Source of the DNA: Microbacteriaceae bacterium
GTDB lineage: Bacteria > Actinomycetota > Actinomycetes > Actinomycetales > Microbacteriaceae
NCBI GenBank assembly: GCA_024639845.1
Contig: JAHEGG010000001.1
Span: forward strand, 147,792 to 211,791
Direction: 5' to 3'
Length of the DNA: 64,000 nt
Shown: piece after piece, positions 19,832 to 29,366 of the stretch
Layout of the letters: the number at the start of each line of letters is the position of its first letter
Numbering within the stretch: position 1 is the stretch's first letter
Notes under the pieces: model-generated
Told to the model about the DNA's origin: nothing
Databases searched by the model: none
The model's input: only the letters and a program-made list of their open reading frames with translations
Program-made: the position numbers and the translations under genes

Positions 19832-20752
19832 CTAGTGGTCGTTGAGGTAGTGCTCTGCGTCGAGGGCGGCGACACAACCGGATGCCGCTGCCGTGATGGC
19901 CTGGCGGTAGGTCGGGTCGATGACGTCGCCAGCCGCAAACACCCCTGGCAGAGTGGTTTTCGAACTGCGACCTTCGACTTTGATGAACTTTTCGGCGGTG
20001 AGCTCGACCTGATCTTCGACGAGCCAGACTCGAGGGTCGTTTCCAACTGCGATAAACAAACCTTCGATCTCGAGTTCGCTGGTCGAACCATCAACGGTGT
20101 TGCGCAGTGTGACACCAGACAACTTCATTTCTCCGTGCAGCTCGGCAACCTCGGAGTTCCAAATCACTTCGATCTTCGGGTTGTTCAGTGCGCGGTCGGC
20201 CATGATCTTCGAGGCTTTGAACGAGTCGCGACGGTGAATCAGATAAACCTTGTCGGCAAAGCGAGTGAGGAAGTTAGCCTCTTCCATTGCCGAGTCTCCA
20301 CCACCGACAACCGCGATGGTCTTTTGTCTAAAGAAGAAGCCATCGCAGGTTGCGCACCACGAAACTCCATGACCGCTGAGTTCCTTTTCGCGAGGCAGGC
20401 CCAGCTCGCGATAGGCGGCGCCTGTTGCCAGAATGACCGTCTTGGCTTCGAAGGTCTTGCCGCCGCCGGTCTTGACGATCTTCACGTCACCGCGCAGGTC
20501 GACCTCGACCACATCGTCGAGCAGGGTCTCGGTGCCAAAACGCTCGGCCTGTGCCTGGAAGTTGGCCATCAGGTCGGGACCCATCAGACCCTCTGGAAAT
20601 CCAGGGTAGTTTTCGACCTCGGTGGTCTTCATCAGCTCACCACCGGCTTCAACTGAAGAAGCGATGAGCAGTGGGTTGAGCCCAGCGCGTGCCGTGTAGA
20701 TGGCCGCGGTCCAGCCGGCGGGGCCGGATCCGATGATGATTACGTCGCGCAA
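19832..20752 (-). CDS. trxB: Thioredoxin-disulfide reductase
   Basis: FAD motif IIIGSGPAGWTAA, redox centre WCATCDG and NADPH motif VVGGGDSAMEEA. I re-called the start to TTG 20752, which has AGGAG 5 nt upstream. The track start 20833 would overlap murJ. Confidence 0.92.
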   Translation of the reverse strand: MRDVIIIGSGPAGWTAAIYTARAGLNPLLIASSVEAGGELMKTTEVENYPGFPEGLMGPDLMANFQAQAERFGTETLLDDVVEVDLRGDVKIVKTGGGKTFEAKTVILATGAAYRELGLPREKELSGHGVSWCATCDGFFFRQKTIAVVGGGDSAMEEANFLTRFADKVYLIHRRDSFKASKIMADRALNNPKIEVIWNSEVAELHGEMKLSGVTLRNTVDGSTSELEIEGLFIAVGNDPRVWLVEDQVELTAEKFIKVEGRSSKTTLPGVFAAGDVIDPTYRQAITAAASGCVAALDAEHYLNDH

Positions 20753-20787
20753 AATGCTCTCCTGTTTTCGAAGGGGTCGAGCCAATT

Positions 20788-22428
20788 TTAGCGGCGTGTT
20801 ATTCCCTTCAACGCCTTCGCCACCGCACGCCATGCGGTCCAGCTTTCTTCGATACCGAGCAGGGCGATAACGGCGAAGTAGACGAGCAGCATGACCACGC
20901 CGATTCCAGCGCTAACGGTGACTGCACCGAGCACCGACGACAGCGCAAACGATCCCGCCACCAGGCTCGAGGTGCCCACCAGGATGCCCGCACCAGCGCC
21001 TGCGCTCAGACCGGCAGCCGCGAGCATCCGTGTGGTTGCTTTGGTCAGACCAACGCCTTGGAACGCCCCGATCTTGCGACGGAGGAGGCGGTAGGCGATG
21101 ATCGCCTGAACCAGGATGCTCAGGCTGCTGGCCAGCGCCAGCGCGGCGACCAACCAGCGAGGTTCGACGGTTTGCGCAATCACCAGAGCGCTTGCGATGA
21201 AGACCACGGTTTGAATCGACGTGAAGATGAACGGAGTTCTGGTGTCTTCGAGCGCATAGAACGCGCGCTGAAGCATGAACACAAAACTGAACGGCACGAG
21301 ACCGACCATGAAGGCGATGAGCACGTTGCCCAATGCGACGGTTGCCGGGTATTCACCAACGAAGACGCGTGAGACCGGGTAGGCCAGAACAATGAGGGCG
21401 GCGGTTGCAAAAAAGCTGAAGGCCAGAATCGCCCGCAGGCTGGCTCCGACTTGACGCTTGAACTCTTCGATGTCGCCGTCGGCCGCGTGAGTCGAAATCT
21501 TGGTGAAGCTGGCGGTGGCGATCGAAACGGTGGCGATGGAATGCGGAAGCATGAAGATTAGCCAGGCGATCGATGAGGCCGCAATCGACGCAATCGCCAG
21601 ACCTTGGGTTGCACGCGCCGCAACTGTGCTCGAGGCCACAACGGTTTGCACCAGCCCGCCGAGTTGGGTGACCAAAACCATGCCAAGAGTCCAAGAGGCT
21701 GCCTTGGCTGCCGGGCGAAGACCCACGCCGCGCCATTTGAAGTTGAGTCCGAGCTTGAGCCCGACCCGCTTCCAGAAAACCAGCAAGATCAGAGCTTGAG
21801 CAGCAACACCTGCGGTCGCGGTGGCTGCGATCAACGAGATCTGATCGGCACCCCATCCGCTGATTGCTCGTGCACCGGTTGGGTCGGCACCAAATAGAAC
21901 GACATAGGCAACGAGGCCGCCGATCGCGACGATGTTGTTTAGAACTGGTGCCCACATGAAGGGCCCGAAAGCGCTCCTGGCGTTTAGTACTTCACCGAGC
22001 AATGAATAGAGGCCATAGAAAAACAGCTGGGGTAGACACCAGTAGGCGAAAGCCGTTGCAAGAGCGAGTTGTTCGGCGCTCCATCCGCTCGTATAGAGCG
22101 ATACGAGCCAGGGTGCGGCCGCGGTGGTCAACACGGTTGCGCCGGCAAACACCACGAGGATGAGCGTCACAAGCCGATCGATGTAAGTCTGCCCGCCGTC
22201 GTGGTGACTGCGAGCCTTCACGATTTGCGGAACGAGCACTGCGTTGAGCACACCACCAGCGATGATCGCATAGACGTTATTCGGAAGCTGGTTAGCTACG
22301 CCGAACGCGTCGGCGGCATCCGTGGTTACACCGATGGTGGCGGCAAGCAGCACGGCGCGAGCGAAACCAAGCACTCGCGAGGTGACCGTTCCGGCCGCCA
22401 TAATCAGCGATGAACGTCCGGTGCTCAC
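20788..22428 (-). CDS. murJ: Lipid II flippase MurJ (MviN)
   Basis: 546-aa polytopic protein with N-terminus AAGTVTSRVLGFARAVLLAATIG. Its GTG start forms a GTGA overlap with the upstream ORF. Confidence 0.9.
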   Translation of the reverse strand: MSTGRSSLIMAAGTVTSRVLGFARAVLLAATIGVTTDAADAFGVANQLPNNVYAIIAGGVLNAVLVPQIVKARSHHDGGQTYIDRLVTLILVVFAGATVLTTAAAPWLVSLYTSGWSAEQLALATAFAYWCLPQLFFYGLYSLLGEVLNARSAFGPFMWAPVLNNIVAIGGLVAYVVLFGADPTGARAISGWGADQISLIAATATAGVAAQALILLVFWKRVGLKLGLNFKWRGVGLRPAAKAASWTLGMVLVTQLGGLVQTVVASSTVAARATQGLAIASIAASSIAWLIFMLPHSIATVSIATASFTKISTHAADGDIEEFKRQVGASLRAILAFSFFATAALIVLAYPVSRVFVGEYPATVALGNVLIAFMVGLVPFSFVFMLQRAFYALEDTRTPFIFTSIQTVVFIASALVIAQTVEPRWLVAALALASSLSILVQAIIAYRLLRRKIGAFQGVGLTKATTRMLAAAGLSAGAGAGILVGTSSLVAGSFALSSVLGAVTVSAGIGVVMLLVYFAVIALLGIEESWTAWRAVAKALKGITRR

Positions 22429-23012
22429 GCGTCAGCCTTGCGACGTTTCATCATTCGGCGCGCGCCAATCACGCCAAGACCAACAACGACTGCGGCAAAA
22501 CCAACCAGAAGCGAACCCTCGACCTCGCGCTGCACGGTCATATTTAGCACCGCGGGGTGACCGAGCGGAACACCGGAGAATGAAGTCAACCAAACGTTCA
22601 GCCGCACCTCGCCGTTGGCGATCGCCTCGACCGGAATCATCACGTTGCTCGTGGTGTTCGCGGGTGCGGTGAACGCAACTGTCTTTGGCATGGTCACGCG
22701 TAGGTTGCTCGGGCGACTCCAAACCAAAATCCGAATGTCGCTGTCGTAGTCGTTGCGAATTTGCACGGGCACGCGGCTCGCGGTGGCAACCAGATTGATG
22801 TTGCTGCCCTTAATAATCCTTATGTCGAAGTCTGTGACTGTGCTTGAAGACCTAGCTGGTTGCTCGGTCAATGAGTTCGCACTAGCGACGGTGATTTCAA
22901 GCTGGGATGCGCTCGCCACGGACGGCACGACTAAAAGAATTAGTGCGCTCAAGACCGCCAGGGCTCGGCGGAACGCGGGGCGGAGGCCACCGGAACTCAT
23001 AGTTTCACGCAC
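22425..23012 (-). CDS. Hypothetical exported protein with a C-terminal membrane anchor
   Basis: 195 aa with an N-terminal signal-like segment (ALAVLSALILLVVPSVASA) and a C-terminal TM helix plus basic tail (VGFAAVVVGLGVIGARRMMKRRK). It is translationally coupled to murJ. Confidence 0.65.
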   Translation of the reverse strand: MRETMSSGGLRPAFRRALAVLSALILLVVPSVASASQLEITVASANSLTEQPARSSSTVTDFDIRIIKGSNINLVATASRVPVQIRNDYDSDIRILVWSRPSNLRVTMPKTVAFTAPANTTSNVMIPVEAIANGEVRLNVWLTSFSGVPLGHPAVLNMTVQREVEGSLLVGFAAVVVGLGVIGARRMMKRRKADA

Positions 23013-23029
23013 AAGCCAAGACTACTTTG

Positions 23030-23494
23030 CTAGTTGCGCTCGACCCATTCGATGGCGGCGCGAGCCATTCGACGTTCGTTCTCGTGACTGAGAACCTTGT
23101 CGAGCCCCTCGAGGTCGAACCAGGCGGCTTCGACCGCTTCGTGATTCGGGTCATTCTCGACCGTGAGGTCACCGCCGATTTGACGCATCAAAAAGTGGTG
23201 AACCGTTTTGACGATGATGTTGCGACCCGCGCTGAACTCATAGGTAATGTCACCGAGCGGTGTGATGATCTCGACTACCAGTCCGGTTTCTTCGAAAACC
23301 TCGCGAATCGCTGCCTGCTCGAGAGTCTCGTTGCCTTCAGGGTGTCCCTTAGGAACGCACCAGTCGGTTCGGCGACCACGACTTTCGCGCCCGATTAGAG
23401 CAACGCGATGCGAGCCATCCTGGTTCAATACGAAGCCACCGGCCGACGTTTCGGTAACCCGAGGTCGTGGATTCTGCTTCGAACGGTCATTCAT
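23030..23494 (-). CDS. NUDIX hydrolase
   Basis: Nudix box GHPEGNETLEQAAIREVFEETGL. I re-called the start to ATG 23494 (MNDRSKQ...). Confidence 0.88.
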   Translation of the reverse strand: MNDRSKQNPRPRVTETSAGGFVLNQDGSHRVALIGRESRGRRTDWCVPKGHPEGNETLEQAAIREVFEETGLVVEIITPLGDITYEFSAGRNIIVKTVHHFLMRQIGGDLTVENDPNHEAVEAAWFDLEGLDKVLSHENERRMARAAIEWVERN

Positions 23495-23526
23495 ACTGCC
23501 AAGACTACTGTGGCAAACTTGAACCC

Positions 23527-24945
23527 ATGCAGACGGTGGCCGAAGCACTCGCGAACCTCGAGCGGACTACCGACAGTCCGCTGTTTCGCGAACTCGGAAG
23601 ACTCTTTACCGAGGCGGGTTTCGAGCTGGCTCTGGTCGGCGGCCCGGTGCGTGACGCCTTTCTCGGACGCAAAGCGCCCGACCTCGACTTCACGACTTCG
23701 GCCGAACCTGATGACATCATCCGAGTATTGAAGGGTTATGCCGATACACACTGGGATATCGGTCGAGAGTTTGGCACCATTGGTGCGCGCATCGGTGACG
23801 ACACCGTTGAAATCACCACCTATCGCGCCGACACCTACGACCCCGACAGTCGAAAGCCGGTCGTTGCGTTTGGCAACAACCTGAATGACGACCTGTTTCG
23901 CCGTGACTTTACGATCAACTCGATGGCCCTTCGCCTGCCCGACAAAACTTTTGTCGACCCGTTCAACGGACTGAAAGACCTACTCGCCGGAGTCATTCGC
24001 ACGCCAGGCGCGCCAGAGGTTTCGTTTAGCGATGACCCGCTGCGCATGATGCGAGGTGCCCGTTTCGCGTCGCAACTCGGTTTTGTGATCGAACCTGAAA
24101 CCTTTGCGGCGATGACGTCCATGGCCGACAGAATCCAGATCATTTCGGCTGAGCGCGTGCACGATGAGTTGGTCAAGTTGCTGCTGGGAAAGCATCCCCG
24201 TTTGGGTTTGCAAGCGCTGGTCGATTCTGGACTGGCCGAACTTGTGCTGCCCGAACTGCCGGCGCTGCGGCTCGAGGTTGACGAGCACCACCACCACAAG
24301 GATGTCTATGAACACACCCTTCGCGTGGTGGAGCAGGCGATTTCTTATGAGGCCGACTACGGCCTAGAGGCTGACCTCGTTTTGCGCCTTGCGGCACTGT
24401 TGCACGACATCGGCAAGCCGGCCACTCGCCGACTCGAAGCGGGTGGCGGAGTTACCTTTCACCAGCACGACCTGGTTGGCGCGCGCCTTGCCAAGAAACG
24501 TCTTCAGGCGCTGCGGTTCGACAACGACACCATCCGCGATGTTTCACGTTTGATCGAGCTGCACCTGCGCTTCTTTGGTTATGGCGAGCAGGCCTGGAGT
24601 GATTCAGCGGTTCGCCGCTATGTCAGGGATGCTGGCGACCTCTTGCCTAGACTGCACGCCTTGACTCGTTCTGACGTGACCACCCGAAACAAGCGCAAAG
24701 CCGATCGACTCGCACATGCCTACGACGACTTGGAGCAGCGAATTGCGGCGTTGCGAGAGCAAGAAGAGATCGATGCGATTAGGCCAGACCTCAGTGGTGA
24801 AGACATCATGCGCGTCCTAGATTTGAAACCTGGTCGCGAAGTCGGTGAGGCTCGGGCATTTTTGCTTGAGCTGAGACTCGACGAAGGCGCGATCGGGGCC
24901 GCAGAAGCCGAAAAACGTTTGCTTGCATGGTGGTCTAGTCGGTAG
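23527..24945 (+). CDS. cca: CCA tRNA nucleotidyltransferase / poly(A) polymerase family protein with HD domain
   Basis: NTase motif LVGGPVRDAFLGR..DLDF and HD motif LLHDIGKP. I re-called the start to ATG 23527 (MQTVAEALANLE...). Confidence 0.88.
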   Translation: MQTVAEALANLERTTDSPLFRELGRLFTEAGFELALVGGPVRDAFLGRKAPDLDFTTSAEPDDIIRVLKGYADTHWDIGREFGTIGARIGDDTVEITTYRADTYDPDSRKPVVAFGNNLNDDLFRRDFTINSMALRLPDKTFVDPFNGLKDLLAGVIRTPGAPEVSFSDDPLRMMRGARFASQLGFVIEPETFAAMTSMADRIQIISAERVHDELVKLLLGKHPRLGLQALVDSGLAELVLPELPALRLEVDEHHHHKDVYEHTLRVVEQAISYEADYGLEADLVLRLAALLHDIGKPATRRLEAGGGVTFHQHDLVGARLAKKRLQALRFDNDTIRDVSRLIELHLRFFGYGEQAWSDSAVRRYVRDAGDLLPRLHALTRSDVTTRNKRKADRLAHAYDDLEQRIAALREQEEIDAIRPDLSGEDIMRVLDLKPGREVGEARAFLLELRLDEGAIGAAEAEKRLLAWWSSR

Positions 24946-24999
24946 ACTAGGGAAGTTGCCCAAAGCACCTTTCGGTGTGGTCTGCAACAGATGCCAATA

Positions 25000-25047
25000 C
25001 CCTCCTGTTATGGAAGTCCCATAACCGTTTAGTCCGAAGGAGGTGGG
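25000..25047 (+). ncRNA. Putative rpsF 5' leader structure that occludes the Shine-Dalgarno sequence
   Basis: The inner hairpin GTTATGG-aagtc-CCATAAC is perfect (7 bp). An outer pairing CCCTCCT / AGGAGGT covers the GGAGG SD 7 nt before the rpsF ATG. Confidence 0.4.
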
Positions 25048-25053
25048 TTAGTC

Positions 25054-25557
25054 ATGCATCAATACGAGCTCATGGTGATCCTCGACCCTACAGTCGACGA
25101 AAGAACCGTTGCTCCAAGCCTCGACAAGTTCCTCAACGTAATCCGAAACGGTGGAGGCACCGTTGACAACGTTGACATCTGGGGACGTCGTCGTCTGGCT
25201 TATGAAATCAACAAGAAGACCGAAGGCATCTATGCCGTCGTCAATCTGAAGGCCAAGCCTGCGGATGTTGTTGAACTCGACCGCCAGCTCCGCATCAGCG
25301 AAGCCGTCATGCGCACCAAGGTGCTGCGTGCCGACGAAGCCGTAGTTGCAATCAAGCCGGTTGTCGTTCCAGAGGTTTCTGCCGCTGAAAAAGCTGCCGA
25401 CGCCGCTGAAGACAAGCCAGCTAAGGCTGCCCCTAAGGCCGCTGCCGCCAAGGCTCCTGCGAAGGCTGCTGAAGAGAAGCCAGCAAAGGCTGCTCCAAAG
25501 GTTGCCGCTGAGGCCAAGGCTCCAGCCAAGAAGCCTGCCGCCAAGAAGGCTGAGTAG
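25054..25557 (+). CDS. rpsF: 30S ribosomal protein S6 with an Ala/Lys/Pro-rich C-terminal extension
   Basis: The S6 core starts [12 protein letters not shown]...GRRRLAYEI. It is followed by about 70 residues of [57 protein letters not shown]. Confidence 0.93.
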   Translation: MHQYELMVILDPTVDERTVAPSLDKFLNVIRNGGGTVDNVDIWGRRRLAYEINKKTEGIYAVVNLKAKPADVVELDRQLRISEAVMRTKVLRADEAVVAIKPVVVPEVSAAEKAADAAEDKPAKAAPKAAAAKAPAKAAEEKPAKAAPKVAAEAKAPAKKPAAKKAE

Positions 25558-25562
25558 TCATC

Positions 25563-26057
25563 ATGGCTGGCGAACTAAACGTCACGATCGTTGGCAACCT
25601 TGCCGATGATCCTGAGCTCCGTTACACCCAGGGTGGCGTCGCCGTTGTTTCGGTTCGAGTGGGTTCGACCCCTCGCACCTTCAACCGTCAGACCAACACC
25701 TGGGATGACGGCGAGACCGTTTGGGTACGTTGCACCGCATGGCGCGAACTGGCCGAGAACGTCTCTCAGTCGCTCACCAAGGGAGCCCGAGTCATCGTGA
25801 CCGGTCGCCTGAAGGCCCCATCGGCCTATCAGTCGGCAGCCGGTGAGGCTCGTGCATCGCTCGAGCTCGAGATTGACGAGATCGGTGCATCCTTGCGCTA
25901 CGCAACCGCCGCTATCACCCGCCGCGCTCGCGAAGGTGGTGACCGTGCCGTTTCAGATTCACCTTGGAACGATGCAGCCCCAACCGCGCCAGCAAAGGGC
26001 GGCGACGCTTGGGCTAATCCAGGCACCGCTGCTGCAGGCGACGAAACCCCTTTCTAA
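25563..26057 (+). CDS. ssb: Single-stranded DNA-binding protein
   Basis: OB-fold N-terminus MAGELNVTIVGNLADDPELRYTQGG, a Gly/Ala-rich linker and the acidic tip GDETPF. Confidence 0.95.
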   Translation: MAGELNVTIVGNLADDPELRYTQGGVAVVSVRVGSTPRTFNRQTNTWDDGETVWVRCTAWRELAENVSQSLTKGARVIVTGRLKAPSAYQSAAGEARASLELEIDEIGASLRYATAAITRRAREGGDRAVSDSPWNDAAPTAPAKGGDAWANPGTAAAGDETPF

Positions 26058-26082
26058 ACAGAAGCTTTTTAGGAGATAAATC

Positions 26083-26352
26083 ATGGCTGGAAAAGTCAAC
26101 AGCGACCGCGCAGGCAAGAAGCCAATGCGCAAGGGCAAGCTCGACAAGCTTGCTCCGGTCAAGGCAATCAAGGTTGGCGTCATCGACTACAAGGATGTCG
26201 CTACCCTCAAGAAGTTCATCTCGGACCGCGGCAAGATCCGCGCCCGTCGCATCACCGGTGTTTCGGTTCAGGAACAGCGTCTCATCGCCCGTGCAGTCAA
26301 GAATGCCCGCGAAATGGCCCTGTTGCCATACTCCGGCGCAGGACGAAGCTAA
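26083..26352 (+). CDS. rpsR: 30S ribosomal protein S18
   Basis: 89 aa containing [33 protein letters not shown]. Confidence 0.95.
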   Translation: MAGKVNSDRAGKKPMRKGKLDKLAPVKAIKVGVIDYKDVATLKKFISDRGKIRARRITGVSVQEQRLIARAVKNAREMALLPYSGAGRS

Positions 26353-26364
26353 GGAGAGCCAGGA

Positions 26365-26817
26365 ATGTCGAAACTCATTCTGACCAACGAAGTTAGCGGT
26401 CTCGGCGCTGCCGGAGATGTTGTTGAAGTCAAAGACGGCTACGCTCGCAACTACCTGATTCCTAACGGTTTTGCAGTTATCTGGAGCCAGGGTGGCGAGA
26501 AGCAGATCGAGCAGATCCGCGCTGCTCGTGACGCTCGCGCACTTGCGACCGTCGAAGAGGCCGTAACCCTCAAGGCTCGCCTAGAAGAGAACCCAATCCG
26601 CCTCGCCGTCAAGGCTGGCAAGGAGGGTCGCCTTTTCGGTGCCGTCAAGACCGCGGATGTTGTTGCAGCAGTTGTTGCAGCTGGCATCGGCGAACTCGAC
26701 AAGCGCAAGGTGGAGTTTGTTGCCCCGATTCGCTCGACCGGCAACCACGAGGCCACCGTTCGCCTTCACGGCGACGTGGTCGCAACGATCACCCTCGCGG
26801 TAGTCGCCCAGAAGTAA
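26365..26817 (+). CDS. rplI: 50S ribosomal protein L9
   Basis: 150 aa starting [33 protein letters not shown]. Confidence 0.95.
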   Translation: MSKLILTNEVSGLGAAGDVVEVKDGYARNYLIPNGFAVIWSQGGEKQIEQIRAARDARALATVEEAVTLKARLEENPIRLAVKAGKEGRLFGAVKTADVVAAVVAAGIGELDKRKVEFVAPIRSTGNHEATVRLHGDVVATITLAVVAQK

Positions 26818-26833
26818 GCGGTTTTCCGCTCAA

Positions 26834-26869
26834 GGGCGGTGGGTCTTCGGATCCGCCGCCCTTTTCTTT
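26834..26869 (+). terminator. Intrinsic terminator after rplI
   Basis: GGGCGGTGGGTC-ttcg-GATCCGCCGCCC forms a 12-bp stem (two G-U pairs) followed by TTTTCTTTG. Confidence 0.85.
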
Positions 26870-26890
26870 GGCTCTATAAACCTAAAGACC

Positions 26891-27103
26891 TGTGGATAAC
26901 TTGTGCAAAACTTGCTGTGGGCGTGTCGTTTGACTCGGTTCTGCACAACCCTAAGGTTCTTGTTTAGGGTTTGTTAAGATTAGTTATACACAGGGTAATT
27001 ATGAGCAATTTACTGGGATGTAGGGGCATTTTGGATCTCAATCCCACAGGTTTCTCCACAAGTTTCCCACAAGTTGTTCGGCGTGTCTACAGGGTTATCC
27101 ACA
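26891..27103. promoter_or_regulatory. DnaA-box cluster in the dnaB upstream region
   Basis: Perfect boxes are TGTGGATAA at 26891-26899 and TTATCCACA at 27095-27103. Near-boxes are TTATACACA at 26984-26992, TTCTCCACA at 27052-27060 and TTTCCCACA at 27063-27071. There is also an 8-bp inverted repeat AACCCTAA-N9-TTAGGGTT at 26947-26971. Confidence 0.65.
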
Positions 27104-27205
27104 TCCCAGTGCACAACCTCGTTTGGTTTAACGTTGTCAGAGGTCGATGCTAGACATCGGTGTGTAGTCAAATTCGGCCGCAAGCCCTTAGTTTTTGGAG
27201 TCAAC

Positions 27206-28567
27206 ATGTCAATGGCACAGGCGATGAACCTTACCGGAGCGTCATCTGCAGAGCGAGTTCTGCCTAACGACCAACTTGCCGAACAGTCGGTGATCGGTGG
27301 CATGCTGCTTTCACAGGAGGCCTGTGCAGAGGTTTTCGAGCTCATCAAGGGTGACGATTTCTATGCGCCAAAGCACGAACTGATTTATGACGCGATCTAC
27401 AACCTTTATGGTCGCGGTGAACCAACCGACGTCATTACCGTCACCGCTGAACTCACCCGGCTTGGCACCCTTGTTCGCGTGGGCGGTGCCGACTACCTTC
27501 ACACCCTGACCTCGATTGTGCCCACGGCGGCCAACGCGGGGTTCTACGCAAAGATTGTGCAAGAAAAATCGACCCTGCGCCGATTGATCGAGGCTGGCAC
27601 TCGCATCGCTAGCGCAGGCTATGCCGCCGAGGGCGACATCGACGATCTGGTCAACGCCGCTCAGGCCGACATTTATTCGGTTGGCAGCACTGCTTTGCGT
27701 GATGAATACGCCGCATTGAGCATGTCGCTAGAAGAAGCGGTAGACGAAATGGAGCTCGCCGAGCAAAGTTCCGGTGAAATCACAGGTGTTGCCAGCGGTA
27801 TCTACGAGTTGGACTCGATGACTCACGGCTTGCACGGTGGTCAGTTGGTTATTTTGGCCGCTCGTCCAGGTGTTGGAAAGTCGACCTTTGCTCTCGACAT
27901 CGCGCGAAACGCGGCGATCAACCACAAGCAACCCGTGCTGTTCTTCTCACTCGAAATGGGTCGCGCCGAAATCGCCATGCGTTTGCTCTCGGCTGAGAGC
28001 GACATCTACCTTCAGTCGATGCGCAAGGGAACCATGTCGCGTGACGACTGGAAGAAGATGGCAAGCGTGCGCGGCAACATTAGCGACGCCCCGCTGTTCA
28101 TCGACGACAGCCCAAACCTCACGCTGGTTGAGATTCGCGCCAAGGCTCGTCGTTTGGCAAAGCAGTTGGGCCTCAAGCTAATCGTTCTCGACTACCTCCA
28201 GCTGCTCTCTTCTGGAAAGAAAGTCGAAAACCGCCAGCAAGAGGTTTCGGAATTCTCGCGCTCGCTCAAGTTGCTAGCCAAGGAGCTCGGCATTCCTGTG
28301 ATTGCGATCTCTCAGCTGAACCGTGGTGCGGTCGACAAAGCCGACAAGAAACCCGAGCTCTACCACCTGCGTGAATCGGGTTCGCTAGAACAAGACGCCG
28401 ACGTGGTGTTCCTGTTGCACCGAGAAGACATGGGTCAAAAAGATCACGAACGCGCCGGTGAAGCGGATATCATCGTGGCTAAGCAAAGAAACGGACCCAC
28501 CGGAACCGTGGTGGTCTTGTTCCAGGGCCAATACTCCAAATTCGTCAACATCCAGAAGAACGTTTGA
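27206..28567 (+). CDS. dnaB: Replicative DNA helicase DnaB
   Basis: Walker A ARPGVGKSTFAL, plus VLDYLQLL and ISQLNRG. I re-called the start to ATG 27206 (MSMAQAMNL...), preceded by TTGGAG. There is no intein-sized insertion. Confidence 0.94.
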   Translation: MSMAQAMNLTGASSAERVLPNDQLAEQSVIGGMLLSQEACAEVFELIKGDDFYAPKHELIYDAIYNLYGRGEPTDVITVTAELTRLGTLVRVGGADYLHTLTSIVPTAANAGFYAKIVQEKSTLRRLIEAGTRIASAGYAAEGDIDDLVNAAQADIYSVGSTALRDEYAALSMSLEEAVDEMELAEQSSGEITGVASGIYELDSMTHGLHGGQLVILAARPGVGKSTFALDIARNAAINHKQPVLFFSLEMGRAEIAMRLLSAESDIYLQSMRKGTMSRDDWKKMASVRGNISDAPLFIDDSPNLTLVEIRAKARRLAKQLGLKLIVLDYLQLLSSGKKVENRQQEVSEFSRSLKLLAKELGIPVIAISQLNRGAVDKADKKPELYHLRESGSLEQDADVVFLLHREDMGQKDHERAGEADIIVAKQRNGPTGTVVVLFQGQYSKFVNIQKNV

Positions 28568-29085
28568 AAAAAACACTGATCCTCCGAGCCGCCACGGCCG
28601 CTGTCGTGGCGATTGCGATCACCTTCATCCAGTCGCACAGCGCGCTGGTCGGACTCGTTGCCGTGCTCAGCTTTGCCACGGGCATCCTGGCAGCCGAAAT
28701 TTGGCAAGCGCTCACCGATGAAGACCGTCGGGCGAGGGGTTCGATCATTCGAATGGCGGCCGCAAGCATCTTCATAACGGGCATCGTTGGCACTTCCGGG
28801 CTCGATCTGCTGACTGTGATGTCTATGAATGTCGTTTTTCTCGGCTACATATTCTGTGCCATCGAAATCGTCAGAGCGCTGAAAGCCGGCTGGCGCGAGC
28901 GCGCCGGTCGAGACCACCTGGTTGTATCTGCCGTGCACTTTTTGATGACTGCCCTCTTCGTTTGCAACCTCACCGGACTAATCGTGCTCGGAGAAGTTCC
29001 GGCTGTAGGTTTCTTCGGCGGCTATGCAGCCATTCTTGCGGTGCTCTGGGGGCTTCGTGCCTTCGACCCCAAGCAGCCAAGTTAG
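28564..29085 (+). CDS. Hypothetical polytopic membrane protein
   Basis: 173 aa with about 5 hydrophobic helices. Its TTG start forms a TTGA overlap with the dnaB stop. Confidence 0.6.
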   Translation: MKKTLILRAATAAVVAIAITFIQSHSALVGLVAVLSFATGILAAEIWQALTDEDRRARGSIIRMAAASIFITGIVGTSGLDLLTVMSMNVVFLGYIFCAIEIVRALKAGWRERAGRDHLVVSAVHFLMTALFVCNLTGLIVLGEVPAVGFFGGYAAILAVLWGLRAFDPKQPS

Positions 29086-29094
29086 GCTTAAGGC

Positions 29095-29313
29095 ATGTCT
29101 TCCAAAAGCAAACTCGGTGTGCGTGTCTATGTCACTCTTTCGGCCGTTGCAGGCCTGATCGTTGGAGTGATTTGGTGGGGCGGCGTTCGTCGCCTCGAAG
29201 ATTCGGTGATTGCTGGCGGACTCACATTTATCGTGGTGCTTGTCTTCATTGCAACCATGGCACTCATGGTGAAAGACGACGAAGGTTCACCAGACGAGCC
29301 CCGACTCAAGTAG
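29095..29313 (+). CDS. Hypothetical small membrane protein (2 TM)
   Basis: 72 aa with two hydrophobic helices and an acidic tail. Confidence 0.5.
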   Translation: MSSKSKLGVRVYVTLSAVAGLIVGVIWWGGVRRLEDSVIAGGLTFIVVLVFIATMALMVKDDEGSPDEPRLK

Positions 29314-29366
29314 TCGAAAACTTACTAGCCAGTCGCTTCGTGACTGAAGCGAAGATTCTCTGAAAC

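Noticed and set aside
27074-27205. A 44-codon extension of dnaB, and ORFs 26971..27153 (+) and 27010..27348 (-).
   Set aside because: This region carries the DnaA-box cluster and promoter-like sequence. ATG 27206 has an RBS and begins the conserved DnaB N-terminus.
29333-29352. A perfect 7-bp hairpin TCGCTTC-gtgact-GAAGCGA between the convergent small membrane ORF and purB.
   Set aside because: It is a plausible bidirectional terminator stem, but it has no U-run on either strand. That is too weak to annotate.
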